Shown in pieces: positions 1 through 6,814 of a stretch of DNA of 21,888 bases; position 1 is the first letter of the stretch, and the number at the start of each line of letters is the position of its first letter. The translations under genes were made by a program, and so were the position numbers. Origin of the DNA: an uncultured Nitrososphaerales archaeon (lineage in GTDB: Archaea; Thermoproteota; Nitrososphaeria; Conexivisphaerales; Conexivisphaeraceae); assembly GCA_964342765.1 (NCBI GenBank), contig CAYFFS010000021.1, positions 1 to 21,888 of the forward strand, given 5' to 3'. A model generated the notes under the pieces. The model worked only from the letters and a program-made list of their open reading frames with translations. It was not told the origin of the DNA and ran no database searches.

Positions 1-117
1 CGGCAAGAGGAGCTCGACCATGCCGCGGTACATCCCCTGGAGCTCCAGGAGGATCCCGAGGGTCCTCCTCGGCAGCCTGGCGCTCCTGACCACGACCGTC
101 CTAGTTACCCTCCTCAC
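1..117 (-). CDS. N-terminal fragment of a minus-strand protein, TnpB/IS605 OrfB-like (incomplete at window edge)
   Basis: Minus-strand translation from GTG at 117: MRRVTRTVVVRSARLPRRTLGILLELQGMYRGMVELLLP, open to the window edge. The 'TRTVVVR.. LP....LLELQGMYRGMVELLL' pattern resembles the N-termini of archaeal TnpB-type proteins. An AT-rich box lies about 20 nt upstream on the minus strand (about 131-142). Confidence 0.35.
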   Translation of the reverse strand, partial: MRRVTRTVVVRSARLPRRTLGILLELQGMYRGMVELLLP

Positions 118-183
118 GATCCTCGGCCCCCTTCATATTACGCGCTCCGAGGCGTTCGTGGGCATCGCACGACTGCAACGGCC

Positions 184-209
184 TTCTGCTCATGCTATCC
201 TCAGCAGAA
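184..209. repeat. Perfect 7-bp inverted repeat TTCTGCT-N12-AGCAGAA (potential hairpin)
   Basis: Left arm 184-190, right arm 203-209, upstream of the TnpB-like start. Confidence 0.5.
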
Positions 210-293
210 AAATGTTATAGATAGTTATATTTAACCATTACTGCCCCTCCCTGAGGCGGCGCCCCGCGGGAGCCCGCCTTCAATTTTGCGCGA

Positions 294-303
294 AACTTTT
301 TAC
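294..303 (+). promoter_or_regulatory. TATA-like box AACTTTTTAC for the thioredoxin-like gene
   Basis: AT-rich box about 26-35 nt upstream of ATG 329, consistent with a leaderless archaeal promoter. Confidence 0.5.
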
Positions 304-328
304 GCGTCGCCCGGCGGCCGCGCCGTCA

Positions 329-664
329 ATGTCGCTTCAGAAGGGCGTTGAGTGCGTGGACCCCGAGGGGGTCAGCGAGCTCGTGCGCACCAAGGACTAC
401 GTGGTCCTAGACTGCTGGGCCCCCTGGTGCGCGCCCTGCCACATCCTGGGGGCCATGCTGAGGGACCTGGCCCCGAAGTACCCGGAGATCGCGTTCGCGA
501 GGATAAACGTGCAGAAGTACCCCGAGTTCCAGGTTAGGATGGAGATCCTGGGGCTCCCCACGCTCCTCATGTGGAGGAAGGGGAGGCTCGTGGCCAGGGT
601 GCCCGGGGTCCCGGACTGGCGCACCCTGAGGTCCATGCTCGACGAGCTGGTGACCGGGGAATGA
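329..664 (+). CDS. Thioredoxin-like protein (WCAPC active site)
   Basis: 111 aa; contains WAPWCAPCHILGAMLRDLAPKYPEIAFARINVQKYPE... and a cis-Pro region (GLPTLLMWRKGR). Confidence 0.93.
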   Translation: MSLQKGVECVDPEGVSELVRTKDYVVLDCWAPWCAPCHILGAMLRDLAPKYPEIAFARINVQKYPEFQVRMEILGLPTLLMWRKGRLVARVPGVPDWRTLRSMLDELVTGE

Positions 665-1245
665 GGAGGGGGGCCGTCATATCGATACCAGGCATGGGCT
701 ACACGTCCATGGCCAGGTGCACCCCCAGGTTCCTCTCCGAGCTTTTCTACTACTCGCCCCGTGGGGTCATGCACTTCACTCCTCCCAGGAACGCGGAGGA
801 GGCATGGAGGAGGACCTTCGGGGGGGCGGCCGAGGCCGTCAGGCCCCTCGGGGTGGAGCTCGTCCTGATAAACCCCCCGGAGGGGCGCGGAAGGCCCCTT
901 CAGGAGGAGCTCCAGCTCGTCGAGTCGAAGATCAGGGAATCCCTGGGGAGGGCCCTGCCGGCGGCCTCGCTCAACTACTTCGCGTACAAGGAGGTCCCGG
1001 CCTCCTGCGAGGAGGTCAGGTCGGTCGACGACGCGCTGGCTCGCCTGTTCCAGCAGCTCGACGAGTACATGATAATCACCCCCTTCGGCGACAGGCAGGA
1101 CGGCGACTTCGAGGAGTACGGGATCTACCTGTCCAGCGTGGAGAGGCCGGGGCACGAGGAGGTGATAGAGCCGGAGCAGATACCGATGCTCATGGCCGAG
1201 CTGGCGGCTCGCCTGGGCGCGAGGCGCGCCGCCCAACGCTACTGA
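661..1245 (+). CDS. Conserved-looking protein of unknown function
   Basis: In-frame ATG at 661 overlaps the thioredoxin stop (ATGA). The product MRRGAVISIPGMGYTSMARC...ARLGARRAAQRY (194 aa) has normal protein composition, unlike shadow ORFs. The track start at 571 lies inside the previous gene. Confidence 0.7.
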   Translation: MRRGAVISIPGMGYTSMARCTPRFLSELFYYSPRGVMHFTPPRNAEEAWRRTFGGAAEAVRPLGVELVLINPPEGRGRPLQEELQLVESKIRESLGRALPAASLNYFAYKEVPASCEEVRSVDDALARLFQQLDEYMIITPFGDRQDGDFEEYGIYLSSVERPGHEEVIEPEQIPMLMAELAARLGARRAAQRY

Positions 1246-1287
1246 AGGGCCGGCGGGAACGGCGAAGGCTCGCATGCCCTCCGTGTA

Positions 1288-1299
1288 AAGCTTATTTTT
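1288..1299 (+). promoter_or_regulatory. Archaeal promoter box AAGCTTATTTTT upstream of uL15
   Basis: AT-rich box about 27-38 nt upstream of ATG 1326. Confidence 0.6.
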
Positions 1300-1325
1300 C
1301 AGCGCCCGGCTGCCAGGCGCTCGGG

Positions 1326-1775
1326 ATGCCGACAAGGCTCAGGAAGATAAGGAAGAAGCGCGGGACGAGGGTCGTCGGGTGGGGCCGCGTCGGCCAGCAC
1401 AGGAAGGCCGGCGGCCGCGGCGGCAGGGGGATGGCGGGGCTCAAGAGGCACAAGAGGAGCTGGATGCTCAAGTACGATCCCGACCACTTCGGCTACCACG
1501 GGTTCTACAGGCACCCATCGCCTAACGTCACCAGGAGGTGGATAAACGTGCGCGACCTCGACGAGCTCTACGAGGGCCTCCACGGGGGCCCGGCGCCCGA
1601 GGGCGAGCTGCCGACGCTCGACCTGGCTTCTCTGGGCATCGAGAAGCTCCTCGGAGGGGGATCCGTGAGGAGGGCCTACAGGGTCATAGTGCCCGCGGCC
1701 ACGGAGTCCGCGATAAGAAAGGTTAAAGAGGCCGGCGGCCAGGTGGAGCTGCTGTCCGAGGCCGCCGAGGGTTGA
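1326..1775 (+). CDS. rpl15: Large ribosomal subunit protein uL15
   Basis: 149 aa starting MPTRLRKIRKKRGTRVVGWGRVGQHRKAGGRGGRGMAGLKRHKRSW; directly upstream of secY. It is the C-terminal part of the longer open frame 717..1775. Confidence 0.93.
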   Translation: MPTRLRKIRKKRGTRVVGWGRVGQHRKAGGRGGRGMAGLKRHKRSWMLKYDPDHFGYHGFYRHPSPNVTRRWINVRDLDELYEGLHGGPAPEGELPTLDLASLGIEKLLGGGSVRRAYRVIVPAATESAIRKVKEAGGQVELLSEAAEG

Positions 1776-3172
1776 GCTCCGACCGCTTCTCCAAAATACT
1801 GGGGCTTGCGCAGTACGTACCGGAGGTTCCGAGGCCGGCCAGGAAGCCCTCCCTCAGGATAAGGCTCCTCTGGACCCTCCTAGTGCTGGTCATCTACGTG
1901 TCGATGGGGTTCGTGCCCCTCTACAAGGTCACGATAAGCGCCCAGGTGCTCCCCCTTTACCAGATAGTCTTCGCCGCCCAGCAGGGGACCCTAACCTCCC
2001 TCGGGATAGGCCCGATAGTGACGGGGGGCCTGCTGGCCGAGATCCTCGTGGGGTCCGAGATAATAAGCATGGACTTCTCGAGGGAGGAGGACAAGGCCGC
2101 GTTCACGGCCATGGTGAAGGTCTTCACGGCCGTGTTCATCGTCGTGGAGTCCGTGGCGTACACGGTCGGCATGCTGGGCTTCTACTACCACGTGCCGGCC
2201 TCAGCCCTCCCGGTCGACGCGATACAGCTGATAATCGCCGGGTTCGTCGTGTACATGCTCGACCAGATGATACAGAAGGGGTGGGGGGTTGGGAGCGGGA
2301 TCAGCCTGTTCATACTCGCGAACGTGTCGCTGCTCGTGATGGTCGACCTCTTCAACCCCGTCAAGGTGAACGGCCAGTACTTCGGCCTCATACCGTTCCT
2401 GGCGCAGGCCGCGGCGGAGGGGAAGCTCTACGAGGCCGTCCTCAGGCCCAACGGCTACCCATCCCTCGTCGGCCTGGGCGCCACGGTGGGCTTCATACTG
2501 CTCCTGATATACCTAGAGGGCGTCAGGATAGAGGTGCCGGTCACCTCGTCCCAGTTCAGGGGGATATCGGGGACCTACCCGATAAAGCTCCTCTACGTCT
2601 CGAACGTGCCGGTGATCCTGGTGGCCGCCCTCCTGGCGAACCTCCAGATGATAGCGTCCTGGTGGGCCGGATGGGCGAGGACCTACGGGCTCTGGTACGC
2701 CGGCGCCCTGGCTCAGTACAACTCGCAGGGGCAGCTGGTCGGCGGCCTCCTCTACTACCTCATGGGGCCCCAGACGCTCCAGCAGGCGATCTCGGACCCA
2801 GCCCTCACGGTCGCGTTCGTCGCGATAATGGTCGTCCTGAGCACCGCGTTCGCCAAGGTCTGGGTCGAGATGAGCGGCATGACCGCGGAGAAGACGGCGG
2901 AGGGCCTGATAAGGGCGCAGATGACAATACCCGGCTTCAGGACCGCCAGGTCTACGCTGGGCATGGTCCTGGAGAGGTGGATACCGGCGGTCACGCTCGT
3001 GGGAGGGGCGCTCGTGGGCCTCATAGCCGGGATATCGCAGTTCCTGGGAGTCTTCGGGGGAGGGATAGGGCTCCTGCTGATGGTCGACATAGCGATCCAA
3101 TACTACCAGGCCCTCGTGCAGGAGGAGCTAGAGTTTATAATGCCCAGGCTCGCGGGGATCTTCGGACGCTGA
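1772..3172 (+). CDS. secY: Preprotein translocase subunit SecY
   Basis: 466 aa multi-spanning protein with ISVPVTSSQFRG-like signature (IEVPVTSSQFRGISGTYPIKLLYVSNVPVILVAALLANLQ); TTG start overlaps the uL15 stop. Confidence 0.96.
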   Translation: MSSDRFSKILGLAQYVPEVPRPARKPSLRIRLLWTLLVLVIYVSMGFVPLYKVTISAQVLPLYQIVFAAQQGTLTSLGIGPIVTGGLLAEILVGSEIISMDFSREEDKAAFTAMVKVFTAVFIVVESVAYTVGMLGFYYHVPASALPVDAIQLIIAGFVVYMLDQMIQKGWGVGSGISLFILANVSLLVMVDLFNPVKVNGQYFGLIPFLAQAAAEGKLYEAVLRPNGYPSLVGLGATVGFILLLIYLEGVRIEVPVTSSQFRGISGTYPIKLLYVSNVPVILVAALLANLQMIASWWAGWARTYGLWYAGALAQYNSQGQLVGGLLYYLMGPQTLQQAISDPALTVAFVAIMVVLSTAFAKVWVEMSGMTAEKTAEGLIRAQMTIPGFRTARSTLGMVLERWIPAVTLVGGALVGLIAGISQFLGVFGGGIGLLLMVDIAIQYYQALVQEELEFIMPRLAGIFGR

Positions 3173-3173
3173 A

Positions 3174-3728
3174 ATGAGGGTTATAGTGGGGGGCATACCC
3201 GGGGTCGGGAAGAGCACGGTCCTCGACGTCGTCAGCAGGAGGCTCGGCGGCAGGCTCCTCATAGTGAACTACGGAACTGTCATGATGGAGGAGGCCAGGC
3301 TGAGGGGAGCCCCCGACAGGGACTCCATAAGGAGGCTCCCGGCCGGCGTCCAGAGGGAGATACAGTCCTCCGCCGCCAGGAAGATAGCCCAGATGGGGTC
3401 CGAGTTCCTGATAGTGGACACGCACTTCTCGATAAAGACGTCCCAGGGCTACCTGCCAGGCATGCCCTCCCACATAATCTCTGCCCTGGCGCCCGACTCC
3501 CTGGTCGTGATATCCGCCTCCCCCGAGGAGGTGTCCGCCAGGAGGGCCGCGGACCCCTCAAGGAACAGGGACCCCTCGGTCGAGTCCGTGAGGGAGGAGC
3601 TGGAGATGGAGCTCCTCTTCGCCGTCGCGGCGTCCAACGAGAGCGGGGCTCCCCTGGCGATAGTGATGAACAGGCAGGGGGAGGCCGAGAGGGCCGCGGA
3701 GGACCTCCTGAGGGTCATGGGGGTGTGA
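3174..3728 (+). CDS. adkA: Archaeal-type adenylate kinase
   Basis: P-loop MRVIVGGIPGVGKSTV, VDTHFSIKTSQGYLPGMP motif, and position between secY and DUF106. Confidence 0.93.
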   Translation: MRVIVGGIPGVGKSTVLDVVSRRLGGRLLIVNYGTVMMEEARLRGAPDRDSIRRLPAGVQREIQSSAARKIAQMGSEFLIVDTHFSIKTSQGYLPGMPSHIISALAPDSLVVISASPEEVSARRAADPSRNRDPSVESVREELEMELLFAVAASNESGAPLAIVMNRQGEAERAAEDLLRVMGV

Positions 3729-3761
3729 GCCCTGTGGCAGATCCCCGTCGAGGCCCTGCGC

Positions 3762-4232
3762 GTGATGCCCTACTCCACGGCGTTCGTCGCCCTGGTGGCG
3801 CTCGCCCTTAACGTCATAGCCAACGCCGTGACCAGGGCGACGATGGACGTCGACATGTACAGGAGGGTCCAGAGGGAGTACGCGGAGTACCAGAGGCAGC
3901 TCAGGGCCGCCATAAGGAGCGGGGATCCCGAGAAGGCCGAGAAGGTCAGGAGGAGGTACAAGCCGGTCGAGGAGCAGATGCTGAGGCTTCAGATGGACAG
4001 GCTGAGGATAAGCCTGTACTACCTGATCCCATTCATAATATTGTATTACCTGCTCGCGTGGTTCATGGGGAACGTGCCGGTCGCGATCTCCCCCTACGAG
4101 TTCAACCTCTGGATAGTGTCCGCGACCGTGCCCATCGGGCCCGGGTACGGGATGAACATGGTGACCTGGTACATATTCACGTCCATAGCGTTCAGCGTCG
4201 TCGTGACGAGGATCTTCGGGCTGCAGGTGTAG
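3762..4232 (+). CDS. DUF106/EMC3-TMCO1-like membrane protein (YidC/Oxa1 superfamily)
   Basis: 156 aa with an N-terminal TM segment, coiled charged region and C-terminal TM segments; typical position between adkA and cmk. The start may lie slightly upstream. Confidence 0.85.
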   Translation: MMPYSTAFVALVALALNVIANAVTRATMDVDMYRRVQREYAEYQRQLRAAIRSGDPEKAEKVRRRYKPVEEQMLRLQMDRLRISLYYLIPFIILYYLLAWFMGNVPVAISPYEFNLWIVSATVPIGPGYGMNMVTWYIFTSIAFSVVVTRIFGLQV

Positions 4233-4235
4233 GCC

Positions 4236-4832
4236 ATGAGGTACGTGAGGAGCGTCGTCATAGCCGGGATGCCGGCGTCGGGCAAGACGACGGTGGCGCG
4301 CCTCGTCGCCTCCAGGCTGGGCCTCAGGTACGTGGCCGGTGGGGACATACTCAGGGAGCTGGCGCGCGAGCGCGGCTACGACCCGAAGGGGGACGACTGG
4401 TGGGACTCCGAGGAGGGCAGGAGGTTCCTCCTGGAGAGGAGGGAGAACCCGGAGTTCGACAGGGAGGTCGACCGCAGGCTGAGGGAGCTCGTGGTCGCGG
4501 GCGGGTACGCCGCCACGAGCTACTCGATGCCCTGGCTTGTCGGCCCGGAGGTCCTCAAGGTCTGGCTCAAGGCATCCCAGCGCGAGCGCGCGGCCAGGAT
4601 GGCGAGGAGGGACGGGATATCGGTGGAGGAGGCCGCCCGCATAATAGAGTTCCGCGACAGCGAGAACGCCAGGCTCTACAGGGAGCTCTACGGGTACGAG
4701 CTTGCGCCGGATCCCTCGGTCTTCCACCTGATAGTGGACACGGAGAGCGTCCCCCCGGAGGACGTCGCGGAGCTCGTTGTCCTGTACGCCAGGGCCCTCT
4801 GGAGGGAGGGCGGCCGACGGGAGGTCGGATAA
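4236..4832 (+). CDS. cmk: Cytidylate kinase (archaeal type)
   Basis: MRYVRSVVIAGMPASGKTTVARLVASRLGLRYVAGGDILRELARERG..., RD..N.RLYRELYG motif; syntenic with cbf5. Confidence 0.9.
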   Translation: MRYVRSVVIAGMPASGKTTVARLVASRLGLRYVAGGDILRELARERGYDPKGDDWWDSEEGRRFLLERRENPEFDREVDRRLRELVVAGGYAATSYSMPWLVGPEVLKVWLKASQRERAARMARRDGISVEEAARIIEFRDSENARLYRELYGYELAPDPSVFHLIVDTESVPPEDVAELVVLYARALWREGGRREVG

Positions 4833-4840
4833 GCTTTTAG
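4831..4840 (+). promoter_or_regulatory. Promoter box AAGCTTTTAG upstream of cbf5
   Basis: 23-32 nt upstream of GTG 4863. Confidence 0.5.
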
Positions 4841-4862
4841 CGCGAGGGAGGCGCGCGGGGCC

Positions 4863-5891
4863 GTGGCCAGGGGGCCTGGCGGCTTCCCAACGGTGAGGGA
4901 GTGGCTCCTGAGCAGCACGATAGTCGTGGGCGAGGAATCGGAGGGGGAGCACGGCCGCCCGCCCGAGGAGAGGTCGATGTCGGAGCTCCTGGACATGGGG
5001 CTGATCCCGGTGGACAAGCCCGCCGGCCAGACGAGCCACCAGGTAACGGCGTGGGTCAAGCAGATCCTAGGGGTGGAGAGGGCAGGGCACAGCGGGACGC
5101 TGGATCCGCTGGCCACGGGGCTTCTCCCCGTCGCCACGGGCCGCGCGACCAAGGTCCTCCAGGCCCTTCTGCTGGGTCCCAAGGAATACTACTCGGTCAT
5201 GAGGCTGCACGACCCCGTCCCGGACGAGCAGCTGAGGGCCGTCGTGTCTGAGTTCACCGGCCCGATCTACCAGCGCCCGCCAGTTCGCTCCCGCGTCAAG
5301 AGGGAGAGGAGGGTCAGGAACATATACGAGCTGGAGATAGTGGAGAGGAAGGGGAACCTCGTGCTCCTGAGGTCCCTGGTCCAGGCCGGGACGTACGTGA
5401 GGAAGCTCATCTACGACATGGGCGAGGTCCTGGGGCCCGGGGCCACGATGGTGGAGCTAAGGAGGACAAGGGTCTGCGACCTAAGGGAGTCCGACATGAT
5501 CGTGAGGCTCCACGAGCTGGCGTACGCCGCCAAGCTCTGGAGGGAGAAGGGGGACGAGTCCGAGCTCAGGAGGCTCGTGATGCCGATAGAGTGGGGGCTG
5601 ACCCACCTGAAGCCGGTAGTGGTCAAGGACACGGCGGTCGACGCCGTGGCGCATGGATCCTACCTGGCCGTTCCAGGGGTCGCTCGCCTTCACCCGGACG
5701 TCAGGAGGGGGGACGTGGTCGTCCTCTACACGCATAAGGGGGAGCTCGTGGCGCTGGCTCGCGCCGAGATGGGCCGCGAGGAGGTCGAGGACTCGAAGAG
5801 GGGGGTGGCCTTCAGGCCCATCAGGGTGGTCATGCAGCCGGGCGTCTACCCGCGCTCGTGGAGGTCCAAGGAGGAGGGCGTCGGCGCTTAA
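4863..5891 (+). CDS. cbf5: tRNA/rRNA pseudouridine synthase Cbf5 (TruB family, C-terminal PUA domain)
   Basis: Motifs GLIPVDKPAGQTSHQV, GHSGTLDPLATGLLPV, RSLVQAGTYVRKLIYDMG; C-terminal PUA-like VKDTAVDAVAHGSYLAVPGV. Confidence 0.96.
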   Translation: MARGPGGFPTVREWLLSSTIVVGEESEGEHGRPPEERSMSELLDMGLIPVDKPAGQTSHQVTAWVKQILGVERAGHSGTLDPLATGLLPVATGRATKVLQALLLGPKEYYSVMRLHDPVPDEQLRAVVSEFTGPIYQRPPVRSRVKRERRVRNIYELEIVERKGNLVLLRSLVQAGTYVRKLIYDMGEVLGPGATMVELRRTRVCDLRESDMIVRLHELAYAAKLWREKGDESELRRLVMPIEWGLTHLKPVVVKDTAVDAVAHGSYLAVPGVARLHPDVRRGDVVVLYTHKGELVALARAEMGREEVEDSKRGVAFRPIRVVMQPGVYPRSWRSKEEGVGA

Positions 5892-5940
5892 ACAGCTAAT
5901 ACGGAAGCCCTAAAGCGCGTCGAAGGGCTGTCGCCTAAAG

Positions 5941-5950
5941 CTTAATTTTA
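5941..5950 (+). promoter_or_regulatory. Promoter box CTTAATTTTA for the tRNA gene
   Basis: 22-31 nt upstream of the tRNA 5' end, preceded by AAAG. Confidence 0.6.
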
Positions 5951-5971
5951 GGGGCGGGACAGCCGCGGCGA

Positions 5972-6070
5972 GCCGGGGTGCCCGAGTGGTCAAGGGGCAG
6001 GCCTGGAGACCCTCGAGGATCGAGAGCCTGTGGGCGAAAGCCCTCGTGGGTTCGAATCCCACCCCCGGCG
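5972..6070 (+). tRNA. tRNA-Ser, type II with long variable arm, intron-containing; anticodon GGA or CGA depending on splice site
   Basis: Acceptor GCCGGGG (5972-5978)/CCCCGGC (6063-6069), discriminator G at 6070; D-stem CCC/GGG; anticodon stem CAGGC (5998-6002)/GCCTG (6026-6030) enclosing 23 nt; variable arm GGGC-GAAA-GCCC (6032-6043); T-arm GTGGG-TTCGAAT-CCCAC (6046-6062). CCA not encoded. Confidence 0.93.
6009..6024 (+). other. Putative 16-nt tRNA intron (canonical 37/38 placement)
   Basis: The anticodon loop is 23 nt, 16 nt longer than the standard 7. Removing 6009-6024 leaves CTGGAGA. The region contains a small CTCG-N5-CGAG hairpin. The exact boundary is uncertain. Confidence 0.55.
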
Positions 6071-6074
6071 CCTC

Positions 6075-6365
6075 CTATACTTGGAGCTCCCTCAGCACCC
6101 TGAACGCCTCCCTTCCAAGGTCCTCCAGCCCTTCCTTGGAGAGGGCCCTCGCGACCGCCACGAGCCCTATTCCCAGGGCGCTCGTCAGGGGCTCGGGGAG
6201 GGCCACCATGAGGACGCCCGCTACCTTCAGGGGGCGCAGGTCGCGCCCCCTGAGCCCCGCGCGGCTCCTGGAGAGCGTCGTCCGGACTCCGTCCAGGGCC
6301 TCGCCCACCGATGCCGCGTCACCGGCCAGGCGGAGGAGGGAGCCGGCCACCTCCTCTCCGCGCAC
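6075..6365 (-). CDS. Small protein of unknown function
   Basis: 96 aa from GTG at 6365, stop 5 nt from the tRNA 3' end. Balanced composition with hydrophobic VLMVALPEPLTSALGIGLVAVARAL; GGGAGGG-like purine run upstream. Confidence 0.55.
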   Translation of the reverse strand: MRGEEVAGSLLRLAGDAASVGEALDGVRTTLSRSRAGLRGRDLRPLKVAGVLMVALPEPLTSALGIGLVAVARALSKEGLEDLGREAFRVLRELQV

Positions 6366-6373
6366 GACCCGGT

Positions 6374-6385
6374 AGGGAATTCCCT
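6374..6385. repeat. 12-bp perfect palindrome AGGGAATTCCCT
   Basis: Directly upstream of the minus-strand GTG at 6365. Confidence 0.6.
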
Positions 6386-6421
6386 CCCTAAATCGGGAGC
6401 GTCAAAGGACATGTAACATCG

Positions 6422-6454
6422 GCGTCACAGGGCCTTGACCGATTTTTGTGACGC
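6422..6454. promoter_or_regulatory. 8-bp perfect inverted repeat GCGTCACA-N17-TGTGACGC, candidate operator
   Basis: Arms 6422-6429 and 6447-6454, in the divergent intergenic region just upstream of the TTTATAGA box (6471-6478). Confidence 0.45.
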
Positions 6455-6493
6455 GCCGCGATGGAAACGATTTATAGAGGACGATGCCAGGCC

Positions 6494-6790
6494 ATGGTGA
6501 TGAGCAGGGACCAATACCTAGGGGTTCTGATGATGGTGCTCGGCATACTCGTGATAATATTGTACGGATGGCTGGACTGGGCGTACCCCCTTAGGACCCT
6601 TCAGGTCACCGCCTTCATAGGCGTCGCGGCCCTCCTCGGCGTCGTCGCTTGGATAGGGTACACGCTGGCCACGACCCCTCCGCCCAAGCCCATATCCGAG
6701 ATAGAGAAGGAGCTCGAGGAGGAGCTCAAGAAGGTGGGCGGGGGATCCTCCGCCCAGGAGCAGAGGGGATCCCAGGGGGCCGGAAGCTGA
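6494..6790 (+). CDS. Small two-TM membrane protein with acidic/basic cytoplasmic tail
   Basis: Track ORF 6461..6790. The TATA box TTTATAGA at 6471-6478 lies inside the first codons of the 6461 start, so ATG 6494 or 6500 (MSRDQYLGVLMMVLGILVIILYGWLDW...) is more likely. Confidence 0.7.
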   Translation: MVMSRDQYLGVLMMVLGILVIILYGWLDWAYPLRTLQVTAFIGVAALLGVVAWIGYTLATTPPPKPISEIEKELEEELKKVGGGSSAQEQRGSQGAGS

Positions 6791-6814
6791 GCGCCGCGTT
6801 CCGGTGGAGCTGGG

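Noticed and set aside
20-220. + strand 66-aa ORF with hydrophobic segment
   Set aside because: Antisense to the more convincing TnpB-like minus-strand start at 117; hydrophobicity arises from reading AGG/CTC-rich codons in reverse.
717-1325. N-terminal 203 aa of track ORF 717..1775
   Set aside because: Only the part from ATG 1326 is uL15. The upstream portion is an off-frame read of the 661-1245 gene and crosses the uL15 promoter.
397-1335. 312-aa minus-strand ORF
   Set aside because: Shadow ORF opposite the thioredoxin and 661-1245 genes; Arg/Gly/Pro-rich off-frame composition.
2281-3177. 298-aa + ORF overlapping secY
   Set aside because: Off-frame shadow with Gly/Arg-rich, no recognisable family.
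3558-5039. 493-aa minus-strand ORF
   Set aside because: Antisense shadow across adkA, DUF106, cmk and cbf5, produced by high GC content at codon position 3.
5906-5929. AGCCCT-N12-AGGGCT inverted repeat after cbf5, as a terminator
   Set aside because: Only 6 bp with a large loop and no following T-tract; weak support.
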